Part shown: positions 41,309-47,540 of the stretch, in pieces
Layout of the letters: each line of letters starts with the position of its first letter
Position numbering within the stretch: position 1 is the stretch's first letter
Virus record (IMG/VR): IMGVR_UViG_3300011654_000001
Location: 1 to 47,540 of that record
Strand: one strand, 5' to 3'
Origin: a virus
DNA: 47,540 nucleotides
Position numbers and translations under genes: made by a program
Notes under the pieces: generated by a model
What the model saw: only the letters and a program-made list of their open reading frames with translations
Database searches by the model: none
What the model was told of the DNA's origin: nothing

Positions 41309-41747
41309 CTTCCACCCCGATAATGACTTGCTTGGGTTCAGGCAGGCCTTGATTCGGGTCTTCCAGTTCGCGGCGCAGCTTTTCGTTGGTCAGCCGCTTG
41401 GTGTCTAGCTCTTCGCGCGTCTTGGTCAGCGACTCAATGCGCGCCAGGTAGCGATCAGCCAGCAGGTCGTAGCCTTCAGCCTTCGCGATCAGCACACGAT
41501 TCAGCAGAACCTTGGTCAGCCGAAGCTCTTGGTCGATCTGGTCAATCTCTGCCGCATGGAAGTCCGCCAGCTCTTCGTCCGTCAGGTACTTGCTGTAGAT
41601 CGAGCCGGGCTTGGCAGCATTCCGGTTGCCAGATTGATCCTTTGGGCCGCTACTCTTGCCGCCGTGCAGCTTGCAGCGCTTGGAACCCGGTACCGCGTGC
41701 CGCTTGCATGGTTCCCCGCTGCGGGTCTTAGCTCCGCATAGGGCCAT
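41283..41747 (-). CDS. terS: Terminase small subunit
   Basis: 154 aa with CGAKTRSGEPCKRHAVPGSKRCKLHGGKSSGP followed by a coiled coil. It lies upstream of terL. Confidence 0.65.
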   Translation of the reverse strand: MALCGAKTRSGEPCKRHAVPGSKRCKLHGGKSSGPKDQSGNRNAAKPGSIYSKYLTDEELADFHAAEIDQIDQELRLTKVLLNRVLIAKAEGYDLLADRYLARIESLTKTREELDTKRLTNEKLRRELEDPNQGLPEPKQVIIGVEDASDPEAE

Positions 41748-41807
41748 GGCTGGGCCTCATTCATGGGGTTGGTTATCGCGAACGATTCATTCAACGTCGT
41801 TCGAGCG

Positions 41808-41993
41808 TCATTCAATGACCTTCTGCATCCACTCCTCCACGATCCGCTGCAACACGGGCTCGGTCAGGATGCTGGATGGCTGTCTGCCGGCTATTACTTC
41901 GCGCAGGAGGGAATGCGGGATGCAGTGCACACCATCAGCTGCCTCAACGACTACGTGCGGCTGCCGATCGGTTATGTCTGCTACGGTGCCCAT
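41808..41993 (-). CDS. Hypothetical protein
   Basis: 61 aa with a GGAGAAGGGAG RBS. Confidence 0.55.
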   Translation of the reverse strand: MGTVADITDRQPHVVVEAADGVHCIPHSLLREVIAGRQPSSILTEPVLQRIVEEWMQKVIE

Positions 41994-42096
41994 TGGCCCA
42001 CTCCCTTCTCCCCACCTTCCATGCCTCTGCGATGACGAGCCCGATGAAGCAGGCGGCTATGTAGAGGATCAGGAGGGTGGCGTGTAGGCGTTTCAT
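41944..42096 (-). CDS. Possible 50-aa TM peptide
   Basis: MKRLHATLLILYIAACFIGLVIAEAW... with an ATGA overlap upstream. However, its 3' 50 nt overlap the next gene. Confidence 0.3.
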   Translation of the reverse strand: MKRLHATLLILYIAACFIGLVIAEAWKVGRREWANGHRSRHNRSAAARSR

Positions 42097-42368
42097 GCGA
42101 TCGGCTCCAGCGTTGACGGGTCGACAGCTATGAACCCGACCCCGATATCTCGCAGGACAGATACCTGACCGCACTTCCCGCAGGTGCACGTGTCATGCAT
42201 ATCCCTCGGGGTGTCGCGCTCTACCTTCGCCCATCCGCCGCAGTTGCTCTGCCAGGTGTTGCAGAAGCCGCAGCGCTGGTCGCAGTAGTAGCGCTTTAGC
42301 CATGCCTGCCGCTCTCTGCGTTCAGCCCATAGCTTGATGCGGGTCCAAATCGAAGGCTTACTGTTCAT
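42093..42368 (-). CDS. Cys-rich hypothetical protein
   Basis: 91 aa with CDQRCGFCNTWQSNCGG...CTCGKCG. Confidence 0.55.
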   Translation of the reverse strand: MNSKPSIWTRIKLWAERRERQAWLKRYYCDQRCGFCNTWQSNCGGWAKVERDTPRDMHDTCTCGKCGQVSVLRDIGVGFIAVDPSTLEPIA

Positions 42369-42573
42369 TGCCAGTCACCTTCGGCTGAGGAATCACCCGG
42401 GCAATCGCAGCAGCGATACCGAGGACCGCGTTCACGCTCGCCCATAGGATCGGGCTGATGTGGCCGTCGAACGCTACCCATGTGCCGGCAGCAGCGTTCA
42501 GGGCTGCAGTGATGATTGCCAGCTGCACACTGGTCAGGCGCCATGACTTGCGCCATTCGGGGATCAGGTTCAT
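42358..42573 (-). CDS. Holin-like protein (two TM segments)
   Basis: 71 aa with the TM segments VQLAIITAALNAAAGTWVAF and ILWASVNAVLGIAAAIARVI. It is one of the first late genes after Q. Confidence 0.5.
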   Translation of the reverse strand: MNLIPEWRKSWRLTSVQLAIITAALNAAAGTWVAFDGHISPILWASVNAVLGIAAAIARVIPQPKVTGNEQ

Positions 42574-42869
42574 GAAATCACCGCCCGCAGGATGTGAGGC
42601 CCGACCATGTTGATGACCGCGATGATTGCCCCTGCAGCCCCAAGGCCGTACATGACCTTGATACCCATCCCCTTTACGTCAGAGGACAGGGTTTCGAGCA
42701 GCTTGGACTGGTTCTGCGCGATCAGCTCAAGACGATCGACCCGCTGAGGAATGGTCTCGTGCTTCTGCTCGTAGTGATCCAGGCGCCACAGGGCGAGACG
42801 CATGTTCTGCTCCAGCGCACCCAGGCGCTCGGCCTGATTGCGGCCGGCATCGGAAAGGGTGTCGGGCAT
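42570..42869 (-). CDS. Coiled-coil protein with a C-terminal TM segment (lysis-associated?)
   Basis: 99 aa ending GLGAAGAIIAVINMVGPHIL. First ORF after tR'. Confidence 0.5.
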   Translation of the reverse strand: MPDTLSDAGRNQAERLGALEQNMRLALWRLDHYEQKHETIPQRVDRLELIAQNQSKLLETLSSDVKGMGIKVMYGLGAAGAIIAVINMVGPHILRAVIS

Positions 42870-43014
42870 ATGTGTGTCTCGTTGGCGTTTGGTCCGGCCT
42901 CACATGCGCGTGCGATCCGCCTATGAGCAAGGAGGCAGGCATGGGGCCGGAATAGGGTTGGGCGCATGGTGGCGAGCCATTCAAACGGCCTTTAGCGCCC
43001 GAAACTGAGGGCAC

Positions 43015-43040
43015 AAAAAAGCCCGACTCATTGGCCGGGC
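43015..43040 (-). terminator. tR'-like intrinsic terminator just downstream of Q
   Basis: On the minus strand: GCCCGGC-caatga-GTCGGGC (one G-U pair) followed by TTTTTT. Confidence 0.75.
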
Positions 43041-43059
43041 TCTTCTGAAGCGGTAAAAC

Positions 43060-43101
43060 CGCAATTTGTGCCAGATTGCCAGATCGGCGTTAACACGTCA
43101 A
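43060..43101 (-). promoter_or_regulatory. Candidate late promoter/Q-utilisation region
   Basis: On the minus strand there is TTGACG (43101-43096), 17 nt, then CAATCT. A tandem ATCTGGCA ATCTGGCA lies at 43084-43069. Confidence 0.35.
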
Positions 43102-43118
43102 CAGGCGCGACATGTAAA

Positions 43119-43472
43119 TTAAGCCGCCATTCGTCGGTCGAATTCGGACTCAACGTAGCCGTGCACTCGGCTAAGCATGTCCTTCACCTGGTGGCGGGAT
43201 TTGCCAAGCTGCTTGCCGATCTGCTCCATGGTTCGGTTGTGGCAGTAGTACAGGTGCACGGCCTCGGACGCCTCGGGATAGCGCTGCTGCAAGCGGGCGA
43301 CTACAGCCGATACCGTCTCTGCCTCTTCATCGGTGATCGCAGCATCTGGCGCGTGAGTGCTTGGCACGTTGTCGCGCATGATGGCCAGCATCGGTGAGAC
43401 GTACCGGGGCACGCCTGTCTTCTGCCATACCCAGATGCCCCATTGGGTCAAAAGCTCTTCGGCGCTTTTCAT
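43119..43472 (-). CDS. Q: Late-gene antiterminator Q (Phage_antitermQ-like)
   Basis: 117 aa. LLTQWGIWVW...ITDEEAETVSAVVARLQQ...VHLYYCHNRTMEQIGKQLGKSRHQVKDMLSRVHGYVE parallels the 82/Qin-type Q pattern LERWGAWA...DDDAM...YY... Confidence 0.75.
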   Translation of the reverse strand: MKSAEELLTQWGIWVWQKTGVPRYVSPMLAIMRDNVPSTHAPDAAITDEEAETVSAVVARLQQRYPEASEAVHLYYCHNRTMEQIGKQLGKSRHQVKDMLSRVHGYVESEFDRRMAA

Positions 43473-45019
43473 GCTGCTGCTCCCCGTGCTGCTGCCGCAT
43501 CGCGGCGAAAGAAGGTACCGCCGACGCAGTGAATGAGCGTCCGCTTGCCGTTGGCGTAGGTGATGTCGTGACTGTGTGTCCAGCTGCTCAGCGAGCCGGC
43601 GTTGTAGCCCATGTTCATCTGCGAGCTGGTACCGACCGAGTGGGCGCCGTCGATGATCCGCGCGCCGTGACCGTGGCCGTGGGTGACCTTGGCTCCAACG
43701 GTGGCGAATGCCTGGGTGCTGCCGCGTGCGCCGTTCGGGCCGCGGTGGCCGTGGTTGCTGAAGTCGATCCCGAAGCGCATGAACGACTCGTCAGGCCGCA
43801 GCCACTTGAGCCGATCGCCCCGCTCCATCAGGCAGTCCATCCAGTACCGGAACGGGTCGCAGTAGTCGCCATCAGCGATGGCCTTGAGCATGACAGCCTT
43901 GGTCTCGTGGAAGACGATGGCGTTCTCGAGGTCGTTGGCGTTCTCGGCCTTCTCGAGCCACTGAGTGAAGTGGTCGTGATGGTTGGAGTTGACCATGATC
44001 GTCTGATCGGCGAACGATGCCAGGTCGTCGACGTGGCGCGCGGTCTTCTTCAGCTCATGCAGCACGCTCGAGGTGCCCTGTACGTGGCGCTTGAACTTCT
44101 CGAAGAACTTGCTGTGATGGCTGGCCGATCCGAAGTTCAGCACGTCATGCAGAACCAGGTGCTTCGGCTGGATCAGCGCGGCAAGGGCTCTTGTGGCCTC
44201 CGTGACGCTTGGGTCTGCCATCTCTGCATGGATGTCGCCCATCGTCAGCACTTCAGCGCGTGGCGCCTTTTCAGGCCCTTTGGCGGTGTACTTAGTGTCC
44301 AGGTCGATGAAGCTGCCATCCTTCATCGGGCAGATATGGCGGATGTGGTTGCGCGGGCCGTCCACTTCGACCACTACCGCGCCGAGCGTATGGTGGAACT
44401 CGCCCTTCTTGCCGGCGTTGGTGTCGCTGTACTGCTCGACGGTGCAGGCGCCAGTGGTCAGTACCAGCTTGGCCGGATCACCCATGCGGGTAGCGACAGA
44501 CTCGAGCGCGATCTTGGTGTGCCACAGGATGGCAGAGTCACGGCCGGAGACGGTTAGCCAGCCCTGCAGCGGCTTGACGGCTGTCGGCTGGATCTTGATA
44601 TCCGCCAGCACGACCAGCCCGGGGGCAATCTTGGTCCGCTCGTGAGTGATGTACGGCAACAGGCGGGCATCCCACCAGTCGTCATCGGCCACTTCATCCC
44701 GGCGAGTCGGGTTCTTGTAGCGCATGGGGATCACGATCAGCCGGGCGCCACGCATGGAGCAATACAGCTGCAGCGTCTTGAGGAAGCCGGCGTGCGCTTT
44801 CGTGGCGTTCACGGCGGCGGTGATGACGTATGTCTCCGCAGTGGCGTTCGCCATCTCGACCGGTGCCGATGCTGGCTGCAGCAGGCCAAGCCGGATCAGG
44901 CGCGACCGGTGACGCTCCACGTTGCGGATGTCCAGGTCGAGCAGTGCGGCCGCGTTGGCGTTGCTGTTCTGCGCAAGCGCCCGTATCAGCGTTGCGTCGT
45001 CGTGTTTGCGTGCGACCAT
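43469..45019 (-). CDS. 516-aa protein: N-terminal HTH-like plus unknown domain, C-terminal calcineurin-like metallophosphoesterase
   Basis: Motifs in order are LTMGDIHAE, HLVLHDVLNFGS, VNSNHHDHF, FSNHGHRG and THGHGHGARI. It occupies the NinI position between RusA and Q. Confidence 0.6.
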   Translation of the reverse strand: MVARKHDDATLIRALAQNSNANAAALLDLDIRNVERHRSRLIRLGLLQPASAPVEMANATAETYVITAAVNATKAHAGFLKTLQLYCSMRGARLIVIPMRYKNPTRRDEVADDDWWDARLLPYITHERTKIAPGLVVLADIKIQPTAVKPLQGWLTVSGRDSAILWHTKIALESVATRMGDPAKLVLTTGACTVEQYSDTNAGKKGEFHHTLGAVVVEVDGPRNHIRHICPMKDGSFIDLDTKYTAKGPEKAPRAEVLTMGDIHAEMADPSVTEATRALAALIQPKHLVLHDVLNFGSASHHSKFFEKFKRHVQGTSSVLHELKKTARHVDDLASFADQTIMVNSNHHDHFTQWLEKAENANDLENAIVFHETKAVMLKAIADGDYCDPFRYWMDCLMERGDRLKWLRPDESFMRFGIDFSNHGHRGPNGARGSTQAFATVGAKVTHGHGHGARIIDGAHSVGTSSQMNMGYNAGSLSSWTHSHDITYANGKRTLIHCVGGTFFRRDAAAARGAAA

Positions 45020-45384
45020 TAAGCGGCCTCCCCCGAGGTGTACTGCATGATGCGAACGCGTACAGCGCCGCCCTTCACGGTTTCGTCGCTCACGCTGAGC
45101 TGAGTCACGAACCGGTTGTCATCGATGCCCAGCGCGTCTGCCAGGCCGTCTCTGCCCGCCTTGAACGCGGCGAGCATGTTGTCGTCGTCCCGCTTGCGCC
45201 GATCGGGCGGCAGGAACTCGATTGCGAGCAGTGCGCGGCCTTCCGGCATGACCATCCCGGCCGCCCTGCAGAGCAGGTGGCAGTCGGTGCGGTACTTCTT
45301 GGCGATCGGCGCCTTGGCTCGCCAGTGCTTGCGCGAGTTCGGGCTGAGCTCCTTCGGCGGCCAGGGCAGCAGGACTTCGGTCAT
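45019..45384 (-). CDS. rusA: RusA-like Holliday junction resolvase
   Basis: 121 aa with LPWPPKELSPNSR...PPDRRKRDDDNMLAAFKAGRDGLADALGIDDNRF. Confidence 0.8.
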   Translation of the reverse strand: MTEVLLPWPPKELSPNSRKHWRAKAPIAKKYRTDCHLLCRAAGMVMPEGRALLAIEFLPPDRRKRDDDNMLAAFKAGRDGLADALGIDDNRFVTQLSVSDETVKGGAVRVRIMQYTSGEAA

Positions 45385-45657
45385 CTACTCCCCCTCGCCT
45401 TCAGCGCTTGCACAACGGCAGGTCGCGCACTCTCCGGAACAGCTGCCAGCAGGACGTTGCCCTGCCTCTGCCGCTCCGGCCCATTGAGGTCGCGCACCTT
45501 CCACCGGATGAGGCAGGCTTGCTTGTCCGCGTTGATCAGCTGTCGCTCCGTCATCGTCAAGCAGGCCAGATTTAGCGAGCCATTCCGCACCGAACCCGTC
45601 ATAGGCCGCCCCATCGTTTCCGTTCTGTCCAATCACATCGATGCGCGAGATCTTCAT
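45381..45657 (-). CDS. Small nin-region gene with a frame conflict (277 nt between coupled start and coupled stop)
   Basis: ATG 45657 overlaps the upstream TGA, and frame A reads MKISRIDVIGQNGNDGAAYDGFGAEWL.... The stop at 45381 overlaps the rusA ATG in frame B, which reads ...MTERQLINADKQACLIRWKV...ALKARGSR. Confidence 0.4.
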
Positions 45658-46151
45658 GCCTGCTCCGCCTTCTCTTCGGGAGTGCGATAGTCGATGGTGT
45701 TCTGCTGGCCGAACGCCTCGGGCATGTCCGCGATGGTGAAATGCTTTGGCGCCTTGTCCGCGTGCATCTCTTTCAGCCGGCCGACGTGCCCGGTTAGTTC
45801 ATTGATCAGCGCGCGATAGCCGCCCTTGTGCTGGCGGTCGTCGTTGAGCTTCCCGGCTGCCTGGGCGTCAACGATGATCGCGAGGCAGGCCAGCGCATGG
45901 GCAAGGTGCGGCACTCCGCTATCCGGGTCGCACTCTTCGCCTTCAAACCAGGCATTGAGGTGGCGGTTGGCGGCGTCGAAGTAGATCGAGGCGCGTACGC
46001 CGGATGCCCGCCAGTTGCTGCGGCCGTACTTCAGCATTCCGTCGAGCAGGCCAATGGAGCCCATGGCGCTAGCAGTAGTCGGCCACAGGTGGATCGGCAG
46101 CTTGCTCGAGCCGATTGCGTCCTTCGGATTCGTTGCTTTCAGCTCGCTCAT
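45654..46151 (-). CDS. DUF5664-like (dATP/dGTP diphosphohydrolase-like) protein
   Basis: 165 aa counted from ATG 46151. Contains GMLKYGRSNWR...AANRHLNAWFEGEECDPDSGVPHLAHALACLAII. Confidence 0.55.
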   Translation of the reverse strand: MSELKATNPKDAIGSSKLPIHLWPTTASAMGSIGLLDGMLKYGRSNWRASGVRASIYFDAANRHLNAWFEGEECDPDSGVPHLAHALACLAIIVDAQAAGKLNDDRQHKGGYRALINELTGHVGRLKEMHADKAPKHFTIADMPEAFGQQNTIDYRTPEEKAEQA

Positions 46152-46441
46152 GCTGCGGCTCCCTTGCGGTGGAATTTGCGGTCGTACCAGCGGTAGAAGT
46201 ACTGGGCGAAGGTGATGCCCAGCGAGCCGCCCAGGCCGGAGATCAGCAGGAACGGAACCGTGCTGATTTCCGAGTGAGCGACCGACCAGATGTAGGCGAA
46301 CTGCGCCAGAGTGATCAGCCATGACACGACGAATCCGGCCGGGATCTTGTCGTCGCGCAGGAGCTTGCTGTTGAGCCCCAGCAGGAAGACCTGGAAGAAA
46401 GCCGCGGTGAAGACCACGATGGATTGGATTTCTGGACTCAC
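46148..46441 (-). CDS. Membrane protein (about 3 TM segments)
   Basis: 97 aa. It has a GTG start with GGAGG 8 nt upstream, and the GTGA overlaps the upstream stop. Confidence 0.6.
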   Translation of the reverse strand: MSPEIQSIVVFTAAFFQVFLLGLNSKLLRDDKIPAGFVVSWLITLAQFAYIWSVAHSEISTVPFLLISGLGGSLGITFAQYFYRWYDRKFHRKGAAA

Positions 46442-46599
46442 TGCTGCGGCCTCCTATCGGCTCGGCTTGGGTTTACGAGTGGTTGCTGGCCATCCTTGAG
46501 GGGCCATGGGTGGTAGCGGCGGCAGTCGTGGCAGTACAGGGTCTGCCGTAGGCTGTAGCCGGTGGTCTTGTGGGTGGCGTCTACGGGGCAGGTCTTCAT
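46438..46599 (-). CDS. 53-aa Cys-containing protein (below the track cutoff)
   Basis: MKTCPVDATHKTTGYSLRQTLYCHDCRRYHPWPLKDGQQPLVNPSRADRRPQQ. ATGA overlap with the Ref stop and TGA overlap with the next GTG. Confidence 0.45.
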   Translation of the reverse strand: MKTCPVDATHKTTGYSLRQTLYCHDCRRYHPWPLKDGQQPLVNPSRADRRPQQ

Positions 46600-46892
46600 G
46601 CGGCCACCTCGATACCAAGCAGGCGCCGAACCTGAGCAAGCAGCTCGAGCTCGGTGCCGTACTTCGCCTCCCAGGTCTTTTGCCCGGCATGAATGGCAAC
46701 GCCGTGTCCGCCGGTCTGGTGATGCGCGCCGCAGAGCGGGATAACCTCGAAGTGGCTTGCCCGCTGGCTCATACCCTGGCCGGCACGGATGTGATGGCAG
46801 GCGGCCGGAGACTCGCCGTAGCCGAGGTTCCGGCAGACGATGCAGCCCAAGGCGGCAACGCGGGACAGGTGGGTGCTTTCGGCCTTGGTCAT
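46596..46892 (-). CDS. Ref-family (HNH-like) recombination enhancement nuclease
   Basis: 98 aa counted from ATG 46892 (ATGA overlap). Contains LGCIVCRNLGYGESPAACHHIRAGQGMSQRASHFEVIPLCGAHHQ. Confidence 0.65.
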   Translation of the reverse strand: MTKAESTHLSRVAALGCIVCRNLGYGESPAACHHIRAGQGMSQRASHFEVIPLCGAHHQTGGHGVAIHAGQKTWEAKYGTELELLAQVRRLLGIEVAA

Positions 46893-47347
46893 GCCGCCTC
46901 CCCGAAATCGCGCTGCATCCGCATGTACTCGCTGTCCTCGGGATGCGAGAGGTAGATGCCGTGCTCCATGGCCCACTTGTCGACGCAGGTCATGAAGGCG
47001 TGCATCTCGCCCTTGTCGAGGTCACTGGTGTGGCGCAGCTCTGAGCGCTTGGTGATCGCCCCCGTCCGCAGGTCGATATCCTCGATCTCCTCCTCGCCGA
47101 GGAAGGTCTGCTTCAGGTTCCGCTTCATGTTCACTTCATTCATGGCGGCGCCAGTGGCAAACGTCGTCTTCCCCATCGAGACGAAGAACGCCGCGATCTC
47201 TGCGCACCACTTATGGAACAGGGAGTTCTGAGGCAGGCTGCGGCCCGCCCCGGTGATGCTGACATTGCAGGGGAAGCCCTTGGCGCGGATGGCGGCGGTC
47301 ACAGCGGATAGCTCGCCCAGGCCGTTGACGCGGATCTTCTCAGCCAT
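46889..47347 (-). CDS. ninB: NinB/Orf-family recombination mediator
   Basis: 152 aa. GRSLPQNSLFHKWCAEIA parallels lambda NinB RSLDQNRKLWACLGDVS. Confidence 0.7.
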   Translation of the reverse strand: MAEKIRVNGLGELSAVTAAIRAKGFPCNVSITGAGRSLPQNSLFHKWCAEIAAFFVSMGKTTFATGAAMNEVNMKRNLKQTFLGEEEIEDIDLRTGAITKRSELRHTSDLDKGEMHAFMTCVDKWAMEHGIYLSHPEDSEYMRMQRDFGEAA

Positions 47348-47540
47348 TTACGCGGCCTCCCTGCTCGGCAAGCATGGAGAATGCTGCCGCTGCCACTCGT
47401 GGATCTTGTCCGTTTCCAGCGGCGCGAATCCGGTCCACCCTATCGGCCAACCCATCAGCCACTCGGCAAATACCGGATTGATCCTGCCGTAGTACCCTTG
47501 CGGCGTTGGCGGCGTTGTCAGCCCGACAACCACCGGCAGA
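47340..47540 (-). CDS. 3' end of the same methyltransferase gene; the frame is ambiguous (stop at 47342-47340 or 47350-47348)
   Basis: Frame A, continuous with ATG 663, ends ...RVDRIRAAGNGQDPRVAAAAFSMLAEQGGRVNG*. The track ORF 47348-47533 lies in the +1 frame and reads ...[34 protein letters not shown]...*. See findings. Confidence 0.55.
   Translation of the reverse strand, partial: SAGGCRADNAANAARVLRQDQSGICRVADGLADRVDRIRAAGNGQDPRVAAAAFSMLAEQGGRVNG
47442..47540. repeat. Terminal direct repeat, copy 2 (identical to 1-99)
   Basis: Same 99 nt as 1-99. A coding frame reads straight through the junction. Confidence 0.95.

Larger units (their letters stand above)
1..47540. mobile_element. Complete temperate lambdoid siphovirus genome (circular form, attP intact)
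   Basis: All modules are present: cI/cro, xis-int-attP, replication, nin-like genes, Q, terminase-portal-capsid-tail and lysis. The window ends overlap by 99 bp. Confidence 0.9.

Overview
The window is one complete, circularly closed genome of a temperate lambda-like siphovirus. Bases 1-99 repeat exactly at 47442-47540, so the unique length is 47,441 bp. The host is high-GC: my hand counts give about 58-67% GC in ordinary lines, and a Pseudomonas-like host is only an inference. All family calls rest on motif recognition; no searches were run.

Layout:
- A divergent cI/cro switch sits at about 4.9-5.0 kb.
- A plus-strand early-left operon runs 6.3-16.2 kb and ends at attP (16.24-16.46 kb). It carries small membrane peptides, a Rad52-type recombinase, a Gp157-like gene, an SSB-like gene, a DUF4942-type N6A methyltransferase, an Ea22-like protein ending in a DfrB (R67-type DHFR) domain, xis and int.
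- A minus-strand arm is read from cro leftwards and through the circular junction. The early part holds two RHH genes, Rha/KilAC, O-like and DnaC-like replication genes, TraR, an HNH, a C5-methyltransferase, NinB, Ref, a DUF5664-like gene, RusA, a 516-aa metallophosphoesterase protein and Q.
- The late part of that arm starts with a late promoter and a tR'-like terminator. It continues with holin-like genes, terS, terL, portal, MuF-like, scaffold, major capsid, connectors, a second HNH, tail tube, G/GT (GGGAAAC slippery site), a lipoprotein moron and the tape measure. It ends with M-L-K-I-J, a ~1-kb low-GC two-gene cassette, tail fibre genes and endolysin-Rz/Rz1 beside attP.

Almost all genes are translationally coupled (ATGA or TGATG overlaps), so the few gaps, hairpins, repeats and frame conflicts stand out. 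I saw no rRNA, tRNA or CRISPR array.

Most noteworthy:
1. A near-canonical DfrB/R67 trimethoprim-resistance-type DHFR domain fused to a phage early protein (14265-14432).
2. The low-GC cassette after J (about 19.2-20.3 kb).
3. A large N-terminally extended metallophosphoesterase just upstream of Q.
4. Two genes (the C5-MTase and 45381-45657) whose start and end lie in different reading frames.
5. A run of three coupled single-TM micro-ORFs.
6. A (TGATTCC)x5 microsatellite and palindrome between cI and the second operator set.
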